A program made the translations under genes and the position numbers. A DNA stretch of 40,542 nucleotides, taken from the NCBI GenBank assembly GCA_043827405.1, contig JBDRPD010000017.1, positions 1 to 40,542 on the forward strand, read 5' to 3'. Under the pieces are notes generated by a model. The model worked only from the letters and a program-made list of their open reading frames with translations. It was not told where the DNA came from and did no database searches. This stretch comes from Elusimicrobiota bacterium. GTDB lineage: Bacteria; Elusimicrobiota; Elusimicrobia; UBA1565. Shown here one piece after another: positions 8,074-17,469 of the stretch; within the stretch, counting starts at the first letter, position 1; each line of letters opens with the position of its first letter.

Positions 8074-11000
8074 TTAGAACTGGAAGGTCAAAGTCGTGCC
8101 GAACTGATAGGAAAGGAACTCGTTCTCCTTGAGGTACTTGTGCCACAGGCGCGAAGCGGCGCCGTTGAGCGTCATGCGCAGGTTCTTCGCGATCTCGTAA
8201 TCGGCGCTGGTGTTGAAGTTGAGGATGCGGTCGTTCTCCGCGAGGGTCACCGGCGAATCGCGCATGGTATAGGCGAAAGACGTCGTCCAGATGATGCGGT
8301 TGGTGAAGGTAAGCGTCTTGCGCGCGATCGGCAGGTAGAGGCCGCGGGGCAGCGCCAGATCGGCGCGGATCAGCAGGCTGGGGGTGATGACCTGGGTGTT
8401 CGTCGTCTGCGTTCCCGTGCCCAGTTCGGAGACGTCCTTGCGCCAGTCGGCTTTGGGGGTAAAGCGGAACTTGCGGATGTCGAACGTGGCCTGCAAGGTG
8501 GCGTCCCGGTGGCGCGTCCGCTGGGTGATCTCGTTAATGCGCAGGTCCTCGGTCTTGGTGTTGCTCATATTGAAGCTGATCGTGGTGTCGAAGCGGTTGC
8601 GCCAGAACATGAAGATCGTCCGCAGGTCGGTGCCGAAGCTGTTGGAGCCGTCCCGCTTGGTGTTGACGTTGTGGGTGTCGCGCAGGGCGTATTTGAGGTT
8701 GAGCTGCATGTTCTTCATGAAGCGCTCGGTGCGGATGAGCTTCTCGAGCTGGCCCAGCGAGGCGATCGCGTCCGGGAACGTCGTCGAGATCGCGCGCGAC
8801 GGGGTATTGGTTACGACATTGCGCTCGATGCTCTTGACGAAGTTGTTGGTCAGCGAGAAGGTCTTGAAAGCCGCTTTGCGGCCGCTGATATTGTAGGCTT
8901 CGAGCGGCGACCAGCGCTGGGTTGAGTTGAAGGTGTCGCGCAGCGTCAGGGTGTTCTGCTCGGCGAAGGAGTTTCGCGGGCGCAGCGGGGAGCGGATCCA
9001 CAGGGCCTTCTTGGTGTCGAGCTCGGTCTCGACATTGTTCCATACGTCGCCGTCCTTGAGCTGGTAGCTGTTGGTGAGGGAGAAGGAGCGGAACAGCCGC
9101 GTCCGGCGGTAGATCTCGGCGGCGTTGAGCGTCAGGCTGACGTTGCCGTTGGAGTTGCGGTTGATGGTTTTGATGTCGCCGACGCCGGTGTTGACGGTCG
9201 AGCCGGAGACGGTGAACGTCGAGATGTTGAGGATGTTGTTTTCCCGCGTGTCGATGCTGTAGGACGCGGTGGGCTTAAGCCAGCGCAGCAGCTTCCACGA
9301 GGAGGTGAAGCCCGCCGACTGCGTCATCGACTTGTGGTAGTTGATGTTATCCTCCCGCAGGTTGGACAGCAAGGTGCCGCGGTTTTCGATCACCGAGCTC
9401 AGCGAATAGTTCGGATTCAGCGTCGAGCCGCTCCACGGCGAATAGCTCAGCCGCGCGCTTCCGCCGCGCGTCAGCTCCCGCGTATTGAAGTTCCCCGGCG
9501 TCAGCCGCGCGGCGCGCGACTCAAACGAGACGTCATGGACGGCGTGATTGCCGGTCAGGTCGAGCGTCTGCGGCAGCCAGTGTTTGCGCCACGGCACGCT
9601 GTATCCGACGGAGGCATCGTAGGTCTCGCGGTTGTCGAGGCGGGTCAGCAGGTCGAAAGTCTCCCGCCGCCGCTCGTAGGACATATTGGTCCGCGGCAGC
9701 CGGCCGAGGTTGAAGCTGCCTTTCGCGCTGCCCTGCCAGGTGATAACCCGGCCTTCCTGCAGCAGCGTAACCAGGTTGGAGTTCGATCCGGTGGCGCTGG
9801 TGTTGGGCGTCGTGACGATGAGGCGCGACAGGTTGAAGTTCATGGGCAGGAAGCTGAGCTTGGTGAAATTGAGGTAGGCCGTGTCCTGCCGGTTGTCCTG
9901 GTTGGCGATCAGCGTCGTCGGCGTCCGGTAATTGCGGTCCACGAAGCGGTACTTGCCGCCGAAGGTCGCCCATTTGGGTATCTGGAAGTCAAACTGCAGC
10001 TTCTCCGCCTTGCCTTTGCGCGTGATCGGGTCTTTTACGTGGATTTCGTTGAGCCAGACGGCGCCTTCCGCGCCGCTGACGGTATCCGTGGCGCAGTAGA
10101 TGCCCGCCGTCAGCTGGCCGATCTGCTGGATATTCGGCGAGCCGCTGGACCTGATTACTGTGCCCGGCGGCCCCGAGCCGACCTGCCATACGTCCGGAAT
10201 CTGGTCGCCCGTGAAGTCCGCCTGTTCGATAATGACATGCCGCCAGCCGTTGAAGGGGAGCGGGACGCGGACTTCGAAGAAATCCTTATCGGTTCCCGCG
10301 CGCAGGAAGAAAACTTTGTCGGCGTTGTTGGCGCCGGGGACGCTGCCGTGGAGCAGGAAGTTGAAGCGGTAGTGCTGGCTGATGTCGAGCGCGCGCGAGA
10401 ACTTGCGGCGAGTGTAGACGGTGGTGCCGGTCGCCATGTCCTTGAAGCGCAGTTCCAGGGCCTGCTCGCGGACGTTGTCGGAGCGGTTCTCCCGCTTTAG
10501 GTTTTCGATCTCGCCGAACAGATCGTCGAAGACCGCGGCGGCCTCTCCTCCGGCGGAGAAGATCGGCTGATAGCCGGGGTTGTCGACGTTGTTGACTGCG
10601 TTGACGATCAGCGATTCCGCGGCGCGCGACTGCGTGCCGTCGGATGGGTCTCCCGCCGCTCCCCGCTCCCAGGTGTTGCCGACGGCGGCGGCGCGCGCGA
10701 TGCGGATGGAGCCCTTGGCGGCGCCGCCGGCGCGCCGGCGGACGGATATGCGCAGCTGCTTGATCGCCTGCCAGTCGGAGCTGGTCGCCGAGGATATATT
10801 CAGCGGCACCTGGAAGGTGTGCCAGCCGGTGAAGTCCAAAAACGTATGCACCGCGTTGTCGGTTACCGACGGCAGCTGCTGCTCGCTGGGCAAAGTTCCG
10901 ACGTAGCCGAAATCGCCGCCGCTGAAGTCCGCCGGGTCGAGCCGGCCGTTGCGGTTAAGATCCTCGCTGTCGATGCGCCCGTTGTCGAACTCGTTGCGCG

Positions 11001-13803
11001 GCAGGCGTACGGCGGGGCAGCCGACGCAGGGCGGGTCGGGCGGATTGTAGAGGTAGCCCACGTCCTCGTTGGGCTGCAGGCGGCCGTCGAGCTCGCCGTT
11101 GTCGTTGGTGTCGGCGATGCCGTCGAGGCCGGTGTCCTCGGTGTCCAGGATGCCGTCGCCGTCGGCGTCCTCGTTGATCCCGCCCAGGTGGAAGTTGATC
11201 TCGTTGTTCGAGCTGTTGCCGTTGCTGTCGAACTGCTTCATGGTGATCTCGAAAATATTTTTCTGCGAGAAGTCCTCTCCGGTAACGGAGAAAGTATAGA
11301 CGATCGATATCTCGGTCGAGGCGGATACACCGAAGTCATAGTCGAGGGCGAGGACTTTCTGGGTGTCGTTATCGCTGACCTGGGCGTTGGGGTTGATTTC
11401 CAGAACCTTGACGTCCTCCGTGGTGAGCTTCTCGATCGCGAGGTGGTTGAACGGCGGCTCCGAGCCCGGGTTGGAAGCGAACTGCCAGAAGGTGTGAACC
11501 GCGGCGGCGCTGTCCTCGTCCTTGGTTCCCTCCATGTTTTCAATCAGCGCCTTGCCGAACAGGTTGGGATTGGAGTGGCTGCGGGCTATCTCGGCGGCGA
11601 ACGAGACGCGTAGCCAGGAGAACAGGCGGATATCGGTCAATTGGGTATCGCCCTCGTAGACCAGCAGGTTTTCCGCCAATTCGTTGACCGTCGGGATGGT
11701 TGGGGGTTTGGCGTCCGTCTGGTACAGCATGGTGGTTCCGATTTTCCACTTCTCATTCTTGAGAATCTTGTAGGAAGTCCGCACGCCGAGCAGGCTTTCG
11801 GTCGCGATGCCGGCGAAGGGCGCCACTTCGTAGTTGACGTCGATCGTCGAATCCTCGCGGATGCGCTGCTCGTTGAAAAAGGTCAGGAATCCCGATTCAT
11901 AGTCGATGAAATAATCAACGTTGCGCGTCAGGCGCGCTCCGTCAAGCAGGATGGTTTCGGACTGGAGCACCAGGTTGGGCTCGAGAAAGAAGGTCTTGAG
12001 GCGGAACTTGAAGTCGAGCTGGAACAGCAGCCCCTGGGATATCGGCACCGGATTGTAGAGGTTTGTTTCGGTGACCGTCGAGGGGAACGGGGCGAACGGG
12101 TCCTTTAGCTGAAACAGGCCGTTCTCGAAGTCCACCTCGATCGTTTCCGGGTACTTGATCGTCTCGCTGGCCACGGTAACGGGAGCCACCTCGTTGCGGT
12201 TTTGATCCAGCACTTTGAGAAAGAAGTTGCCGCGGCCGTTGTCGCGGACGATCTGGGTGCGTCCGACGTTGTAGAAGGTCTTGAGCTCCTGCCGGTAGCC
12301 GGCTTCTATCGGGGTGCTGATGGCGACGTCGGCGTAGGCCTTGATAATCTTGAAGCGCCCGGAGCCGCCGAGCCCTTCGGCCGCGGAGGTCGACTTCTGC
12401 AGCGTGATCGGGTTGCCGGTGGCGTCGGTGAGGCCCACGGCGACGACATCCTGGGCGTTGAGCGAGTTGCGGAAGGTGAGGACGCCCTTAACGTAGTCGA
12501 TCGTGTAGTCGAGCCCGGGCGAGAGCTCGATGAAGTTGCCGGTGAACGTCGATGAGCTGTATTCCGGGTCGGCCGGCGGGACGGCCAGGTCGTCGACCGT
12601 GCGGCGCACCTCGTCGACGTTCTGCTGGCCGGCGCTTTCCCGCGCGATGAAAATGCGCTCGCTGGCCGCCGCGATAGGCAGGCGGTTGGAATCGCCGAAA
12701 GTGAGATCGTAGTAGCGTCGGCGCATGTAGTTGGAATCGAGCAGGTCCACGGTAACGAATTGCGTATTGCCCTTGAACTGCTTGGTCTTGGTCGTGCCTT
12801 TGGTGCGGCTGCCGACGAAGGTGAAGTCAAAGCGCTTCCACTTCAGGTCGACGCGGATGCCGAAAAGCTGCTTGTTGTAGCTGACGAACTCGGTGGCGGG
12901 CAGCGATAGATCGATGTCGCCGAAGGACGCGTTCTGCACCACTTCGTTCGGGTCGCCGGTATAGACGACGGAGATGTCCTGCTTGTTCTGCTTGGTATCG
13001 TCGTAGTCGACATTGACCGTGATCTTGGGTCCGACCTTGCCCTGCATGCGCAGCTGCAGCTGCTGCTCGATGTCGATCAGGTTGATGTCGCGCGCCTGGC
13101 CGCTGCCCTTCTGCTCGTTGAGAAACCGCTTCTGGCTGTAGTTGAAGGATATGACCTTGCGGCCGGTAACCGAGAGGCTGGTGCCGTAGCTGGGGAGCTC
13201 GACCTCGTCGGGCAGAGTGGTGGCGATCTGGGTTGCCGAGGTGATCTGGTAGCCGTCATACGACGGAATGGGCGGCGGGGCGAACTCCCGGGTCGTCAGC
13301 GTTCCCTCTTCCAGCTTGCGGCGCATGTCCGTCCAGCGCTGCTGTCCGATGCGGAACGGCCGCTGGTGGATCAGCAGCTGGCGCAGGCCCGGTGTTTTTG
13401 TCGAGGGGGCGAGCTGAAAGAACCGGTTGGGGTCCGGGCGTTCATAGAGCAGGAACGGGCCGGCTCCGTCCAGGCCGTACGGCATGACGACCGGAAGGTC
13501 CGGCGGCGCGTCGACGTTCTCGGGCGGCGTGGGAAGCGGTTCGGGCGGAGCCTTTTTTGCCGGCGCCGCCGTTTCCGCGGCGGGGAAATCGGGGTCATAG
13601 GGGTCGCTGAGCTGAGCGGACACGGGGCTTCCCAGCAACGCGTGCGTGCACGCGAGCGCTACTAATAGTGTCCAGGTTCGGTTTAATGCGCTTTTCGCCA
13701 AGATGTTGCGTGGCTGCGAAGGTGCGATTGACTCCTCGGCGTCCTGCAAGAGTCGGCTCCAGCCGAATGCTCGAAGTTTAACAGGGCCCTGTGATGCTGT
13801 CAA
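8074..13803 (-). CDS. Giant outer-membrane protein, SprA (T9SS translocon)-like; real start possibly the TTG at 13701
   Basis: Signal peptide (..TLLVALACTHALLGSPVSA-Q); SprA-like motifs DIEQQLQLRMQGKVGPKITVNVDYD, twice L..G/N.DY.IDY..G.LTF, and DSEDLNRNGRLD; long beta-strand-rich C-terminal half ending in YQFGTTLTFQF (BAM signal). Confidence 0.7.
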   Translation of the reverse strand: MTASQGPVKLRAFGWSRLLQDAEESIAPSQPRNILAKSALNRTWTLLVALACTHALLGSPVSAQLSDPYDPDFPAAETAAPAKKAPPEPLPTPPENVDAPPDLPVVMPYGLDGAGPFLLYERPDPNRFFQLAPSTKTPGLRQLLIHQRPFRIGQQRWTDMRRKLEEGTLTTREFAPPPIPSYDGYQITSATQIATTLPDEVELPSYGTSLSVTGRKVISFNYSQKRFLNEQKGSGQARDINLIDIEQQLQLRMQGKVGPKITVNVDYDDTKQNKQDISVVYTGDPNEVVQNASFGDIDLSLPATEFVSYNKQLFGIRVDLKWKRFDFTFVGSRTKGTTKTKQFKGNTQFVTVDLLDSNYMRRRYYDLTFGDSNRLPIAAASERIFIARESAGQQNVDEVRRTVDDLAVPPADPEYSSSTFTGNFIELSPGLDYTIDYVKGVLTFRNSLNAQDVVAVGLTDATGNPITLQKSTSAAEGLGGSGRFKIIKAYADVAISTPIEAGYRQELKTFYNVGRTQIVRDNGRGNFFLKVLDQNRNEVAPVTVASETIKYPETIEVDFENGLFQLKDPFAPFPSTVTETNLYNPVPISQGLLFQLDFKFRLKTFFLEPNLVLQSETILLDGARLTRNVDYFIDYESGFLTFFNEQRIREDSTIDVNYEVAPFAGIATESLLGVRTSYKILKNEKWKIGTTMLYQTDAKPPTIPTVNELAENLLVYEGDTQLTDIRLFSWLRVSFAAEIARSHSNPNLFGKALIENMEGTKDEDSAAAVHTFWQFASNPGSEPPFNHLAIEKLTTEDVKVLEINPNAQVSDNDTQKVLALDYDFGVSASTEISIVYTFSVTGEDFSQKNIFEITMKQFDSNGNSSNNEINFHLGGINEDADGDGILDTEDTGLDGIADTNDNGELDGRLQPNEDVGYLYNPPDPPCVGCPAVRLPRNEFDNGRIDSEDLNRNGRLDPADFSGGDFGYVGTLPSEQQLPSVTDNAVHTFLDFTGWHTFQVPLNISSATSSDWQAIKQLRISVRRRAGGAAKGSIRIARAAAVGNTWERGAAGDPSDGTQSRAAESLIVNAVNNVDNPGYQPIFSAGGEAAAVFDDLFGEIENLKRENRSDNVREQALELRFKDMATGTTVYTRRKFSRALDISQHYRFNFLLHGSVPGANNADKVFFLRAGTDKDFFEVRVPLPFNGWRHVIIEQADFTGDQIPDVWQVGSGPPGTVIRSSGSPNIQQIGQLTAGIYCATDTVSGAEGAVWLNEIHVKDPITRKGKAEKLQFDFQIPKWATFGGKYRFVDRNYRTPTTLIANQDNRQDTAYLNFTKLSFLPMNFNLSRLIVTTPNTSATGSNSNLVTLLQEGRVITWQGSAKGSFNLGRLPRTNMSYERRRETFDLLTRLDNRETYDASVGYSVPWRKHWLPQTLDLTGNHAVHDVSFESRAARLTPGNFNTRELTRGGSARLSYSPWSGSTLNPNYSLSSVIENRGTLLSNLREDNINYHKSMTQSAGFTSSWKLLRWLKPTASYSIDTRENNILNISTFTVSGSTVNTGVGDIKTINRNSNGNVSLTLNAAEIYRRTRLFRSFSLTNSYQLKDGDVWNNVETELDTKKALWIRSPLRPRNSFAEQNTLTLRDTFNSTQRWSPLEAYNISGRKAAFKTFSLTNNFVKSIERNVVTNTPSRAISTTFPDAIASLGQLEKLIRTERFMKNMQLNLKYALRDTHNVNTKRDGSNSFGTDLRTIFMFWRNRFDTTISFNMSNTKTEDLRINEITQRTRHRDATLQATFDIRKFRFTPKADWRKDVSELGTGTQTTNTQVITPSLLIRADLALPRGLYLPIARKTLTFTNRIIWTTSFAYTMRDSPVTLAENDRILNFNTSADYEIAKNLRMTLNGAASRLWHKYLKENEFLSYQFGTTLTFQF

Positions 13804-13907
13804 GGATTCGCGAAATAAGCTTGTAATAGAAGTGAAAATACGGGGATCGGCACGGCCGTTATAGGGAATAATGACGATAACGAGTTAGTATAATCTCCAC
13901 TAGTGTC

Positions 13908-14993
13908 ATGACGACCTTGTCGCGCTACCTGGTGCGCTCATATATCCCGCCGTTTCTGCTGTCCTTGGGGATATTCCTGTTTGTCCTGCTGATGAATCAT
14001 TTTCTCCGCCTGTTCAACCTGGCGGTGATGAAGGGGATATCCCTGGCCTGGATTTTCTTTTGTTTTTCACGACTGATGCCGTTTTTTCTCAGCATGGCTC
14101 TGCCGATGGCCTTCCTTGTCGCGCTGCTGCTGACTTTGGGGCAGCTTTCGGAAAGCGGCGAAGTGCTGGCGCTGCGGTCGTCGGGCTTCTCCTTTCGCGC
14201 CATCCTGGCGCCGTATTTCGCGATCGCCCTGCTCCTGAGCGTTTTTCTATTTCTCATCAACCACAAGGTCAGCCCGGAGGGGTTCCATTCGTTCCGGGAT
14301 TCCTACGCCCGGGCCGTATCGCAGGTGCCGCACTTGGAGCTCGACCCCAGGACCTTGACCCGTATGGGCGAGTGGGAAATTTACGCCGAGAAAGTGGTTC
14401 CGGGCACGGGGCTTCTCGGCGGAGTGCGCCTCGTCAAGCGCCAGGGGAAATACGCTCGTCTGCGCATATCGGCGCCGCAGGGGACGGCCCGGCTGGAACG
14501 GGGGCGGGGCCTGCGTCTTGAGCTGCGGGACGGCATTTTGCTCTGGCCCAATAACGATCCCGAGAGCCGGACCTCTTCGACGTTTGGCCGCTATCACATG
14601 TTTATGCCTTTCGCGACCAAGAAGGAGGTGCGCGAGCCGGACATGCAGGAGCTTAATTCGCTGCGGATGCGGGCGCTCTTGGACGACGACAAGCTCCAGC
14701 CGCAGAAGCGGCGCGAGTATTTGACCGAAATCGCGGTTCGCAGCGCGGCGGCCGCCGCTCCGTTCGTGCTGTTTTGGGTCGCCTGCCCGCTCGGCCTTGG
14801 GCTTGAGCGGCGCAGTCGGGCCGTCGGCTTCGCGCTGAGCCTGGTCGTAATGTTCAGCTACTACGGTCTTCTGGCGCTGGGGATCGGCCTGGGTCGCCGG
14901 GACGTCGGCTGGGCCTCGTGGGCGCCGTGGCTGCCGAATGCGGCAAGCCTGGTCTGCGGGGGAGCCTTGTGGTGGAGGTGCCTGCGCCGATGA
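13908..14993 (+). CDS. lptF: LPS export ABC permease LptF
   Basis: YjgP/YjgQ family: LSRYL, ALPMAFLVALLLTLGQLSESGEVLALRSSG, three plus three TM segments with a periplasmic domain, WLPN. Confidence 0.85.
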   Translation: MTTLSRYLVRSYIPPFLLSLGIFLFVLLMNHFLRLFNLAVMKGISLAWIFFCFSRLMPFFLSMALPMAFLVALLLTLGQLSESGEVLALRSSGFSFRAILAPYFAIALLLSVFLFLINHKVSPEGFHSFRDSYARAVSQVPHLELDPRTLTRMGEWEIYAEKVVPGTGLLGGVRLVKRQGKYARLRISAPQGTARLERGRGLRLELRDGILLWPNNDPESRTSSTFGRYHMFMPFATKKEVREPDMQELNSLRMRALLDDDKLQPQKRREYLTEIAVRSAAAAAPFVLFWVACPLGLGLERRSRAVGFALSLVVMFSYYGLLALGIGLGRRDVGWASWAPWLPNAASLVCGGALWWRCLRR

Positions 14994-16066
14994 GGATATT
15001 TACGCGCTATATCGCGGGCAAGTTCCTGGGGCCGTTTCTGTACGGGCTGGGCGTGTTCGCGCTGCTGGTATTTTTGGGCGATCTCTTCGATAAGATGCAT
15101 AAAGTCGCGACGAGTTCGGCCGGCCCCGAAGTGATTATCGAGTACCTGCTCCTGCAGATGCCCTATTGGACGATCCGGATTATTCCCATGGCGACTTTGC
15201 TGGCGGCGCTGTTCGCGGTTTCGGGCTTCGTGCGCAGCGGGGAATTTGTGGCCGTGCAGGCGGCGGGATTCCGGGTGGGCGGTTTTTTCCGGCCCCTGTT
15301 GTGGTTTTCGCTGCTGATCGCCCTGTGCGGTTTCGTCGCGCAGGAGACGATTCAGCCCGCCAGCTACAGCCGGGCGCAGCGCCTGTGGCGTTTCGAGATA
15401 CATCCCGAGCGCGGCGCGCACCGCGACGCGGTATACGTTATCGGACAGGACCGCATGCTCTCGGCGGGGCAGTTTTTGACGCAAGAGGGGCGGATGGACC
15501 GGGTGGTGCTCGATATTTACAGCCGCCGGGGGCTGCGCACTCAGCTCGACGCGCGGCGCGCGCATTGGGACGCGGCCCGCGGCGTATGGGTTTTTGCGGA
15601 CGGCGTCGAGCGCCGCTTCGATCCCGTCACCGGCGCGGTCGGCGCGGAACGGGCTTTTGTCCGGCAGGACTCCGGGCTGCGGACGCCGCCGCAGCTGCTC
15701 AAGCCCAGCGCGCAGAGCCCGGATACTATGAGCTTTTTTCAAATCCGCGAATACGTCGCGCGCTTGCGGGCGCTGGGCCGCCCGACCCACCGCGCCCTGA
15801 CCGGCATGCATGCCAAGCTGGCTTATCCGTTCACCAACCTGGTCCTCTGCGCGCTGGGTATCGCGGTCGCCCTGCGCCTGCGGCGGGTCAGCCGCCCGGT
15901 GGTGTTCGGCGCGGCGCTCGTCATGAGCTTCTTCTATATCTGGCTTATCGAGATGGGCTGGTATATGGGAAAGGCCGGCCGCATTCCGCCGCTGGCGGCC
16001 GCCTGGCTGGCGAATATCTGCTTCGGCGCGCTGGCGGTTTGGATGTACCGCCGGATCGACGCCTAG
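14990..16066 (+). CDS. lptG: LPS export ABC permease LptG
   Basis: MRIFTRYI start overlapping the lptF stop (ATGA), SGEFVAVQAAG, KLAYPF, PPLAAAWLANI. Confidence 0.85.
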   Translation: MRIFTRYIAGKFLGPFLYGLGVFALLVFLGDLFDKMHKVATSSAGPEVIIEYLLLQMPYWTIRIIPMATLLAALFAVSGFVRSGEFVAVQAAGFRVGGFFRPLLWFSLLIALCGFVAQETIQPASYSRAQRLWRFEIHPERGAHRDAVYVIGQDRMLSAGQFLTQEGRMDRVVLDIYSRRGLRTQLDARRAHWDAARGVWVFADGVERRFDPVTGAVGAERAFVRQDSGLRTPPQLLKPSAQSPDTMSFFQIREYVARLRALGRPTHRALTGMHAKLAYPFTNLVLCALGIAVALRLRRVSRPVVFGAALVMSFFYIWLIEMGWYMGKAGRIPPLAAAWLANICFGALAVWMYRRIDA

Positions 16067-16091
16067 TCCTTCCACTAATAAGCAGAACCTA

Positions 16092-16143
16092 TTATTAACA
16101 TTGTAACAATCTATTAGACAAATAGTAGATCCCCGGTTACAAT
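16092..16143 (+). promoter_or_regulatory. Sigma70 promoter TAGACA-17-TACAAT with an upstream AT-rich Per/Fur-like box
   Basis: -35 at 16115-16120, -10 at 16138-16143; TTATTAACATTGTAA (16092-16106) matches the Per-box consensus TTATAATNATTATAA at 11 of 14 defined positions. Confidence 0.6.
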
Positions 16144-16177
16144 GATGGCAGCTCCCTACGGAGCCAGGAGAGATCAT

Positions 16178-16777
16178 ATGACCCCCACAGATACAAAACA
16201 GAAGATCATGCTGCCCGCGCTGCCCTACGCCATGGACGCCCTAGAGCCGCATATCTCGGCGGAGACGCTGGACTTTCATTACGGCAAGCATCACAAGACG
16301 TACGTGGCCAAGCTCAACGATGCCCTGCCCGGCACCGAGTTCGAGAACTCCAGCCTGGAAGAGATCGTCAAGAAGGCCAAGGGCGGCGTATTCAATAACG
16401 CGGCTCAGACCTGGAATCACAGTTTCTACTGGAACAGCTTGAGCCCGAATGGCGGCGGTGCGCCCAAGGGCGCGCTCGCCGGCGAGATCGATAAGGCCTT
16501 TGGATCCTTCAATAGGTTTCAGGAGCGGTTCTCCCAGACCGCCATCACCGCCTTCGGGTCGGGATGGGCGTGGCTGGTGAAGAACAGGGACGGCAAGCTC
16601 GAAATCGTGAGCACCAAGGATGCCGGCAGCCCGCTGACTCAGGGGCAGACGCCGCTTCTTACGTGCGACGTCTGGGAGCATGCCTACTACATCGATTACC
16701 GAAATGCCCGGCCGAAGTATGTCGAGGCTTTTTGGAAGCTGGTCAACTGGAATTTCGCGGCCGAGAACCTCGGTTGA
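16178..16777 (+). CDS. sodB: Fe superoxide dismutase
   Basis: [29 protein letters not shown] (Fe-type), [22 protein letters not shown] upstream of 16178. Confidence 0.93.
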   Translation: MTPTDTKQKIMLPALPYAMDALEPHISAETLDFHYGKHHKTYVAKLNDALPGTEFENSSLEEIVKKAKGGVFNNAAQTWNHSFYWNSLSPNGGGAPKGALAGEIDKAFGSFNRFQERFSQTAITAFGSGWAWLVKNRDGKLEIVSTKDAGSPLTQGQTPLLTCDVWEHAYYIDYRNARPKYVEAFWKLVNWNFAAENLG

Positions 16778-16812
16778 GCGCGGAGTCCGACAAAACAAAC
16801 TGGAGGCTCATC

Positions 16813-17400
16813 ATGGCAGATACGCTGGTGCAGAAGGCCGCGCCGGACTTCAAGGCGACGGCTGTCGACGGAAAGCTGTTCAAGGAGATCAAGCTCTCGG
16901 ATTATAAGGGCAAGTGGCTGGTCCTGTTCTTCTATCCGCTGGACTTCACCTTTGTGTGCCCCACCGAGATCACGGCGTTCTCCGACCGGATCCAGGACTT
17001 CAAGAAGCTGGGCGCCGAGGTCTTGGGGGCGTCGATCGACAGCCAGTTCACGCATCTGGCCTGGATCAACACTCCGCGCAAAGAGGGCGGGCTCGGGACG
17101 ATCGAATACCCGCTGCTGGCGGATGTCAGCAAGCAGATCGCCACGGACTACGGCGTGCTCGCCGAGGGGGGGATCGCGCTGCGCGGGCTGTTTCTCATCA
17201 ATCCCAAGGGTCAGGTGGTCTACAACGTGACGCATGACCTGGGCGTCGGACGCAATGTCGACGAGGTGCTGCGGGTGCTGCGGGCCTTCCAGCAGGTCGA
17301 GAAGACCGGCGAGGTCTGCCCGGCCAACTGGAGCGAGGGCAAGAAAACCATGAAGCCCGACCCCCAAAAGTCCAAGGAGTATTTCGCCGCCGTCGCCTAA
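16813..17400 (+). CDS. ahpC: Typical 2-Cys peroxiredoxin (AhpC/Prx1)
   Basis: [14 protein letters not shown] and GEVCPANW motifs; SD GGAGG before ATG 16813. Confidence 0.93.
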   Translation: MADTLVQKAAPDFKATAVDGKLFKEIKLSDYKGKWLVLFFYPLDFTFVCPTEITAFSDRIQDFKKLGAEVLGASIDSQFTHLAWINTPRKEGGLGTIEYPLLADVSKQIATDYGVLAEGGIALRGLFLINPKGQVVYNVTHDLGVGRNVDEVLRVLRAFQQVEKTGEVCPANWSEGKKTMKPDPQKSKEYFAAVA

Positions 17401-17415
17401 GACTTATCGTCTGGG

Positions 17416-17455
17416 AAAAGAAAAGGGGCGCCCGTGAGGGCGCCCCTGCTCTTTT
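17416..17455. terminator. Bidirectional rho-independent terminator
   Basis: AGGGGCGCCC-GTGA-GGGCGCCCCT stem (17424-17447) with an A-tract before and a T-tract after, between convergent genes. Confidence 0.85.
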
Positions 17456-17469
17456 ATGATCTGCGGCGC

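Noticed and set aside
16564..16812. N-terminal extension of the peroxiredoxin ORF (similar over-extensions at 4133, 14918, 21818, 22902, 29872)
   Set aside because: These overlap neighbouring genes or promoters; downstream starts have an SD, a -10 box or translational coupling.
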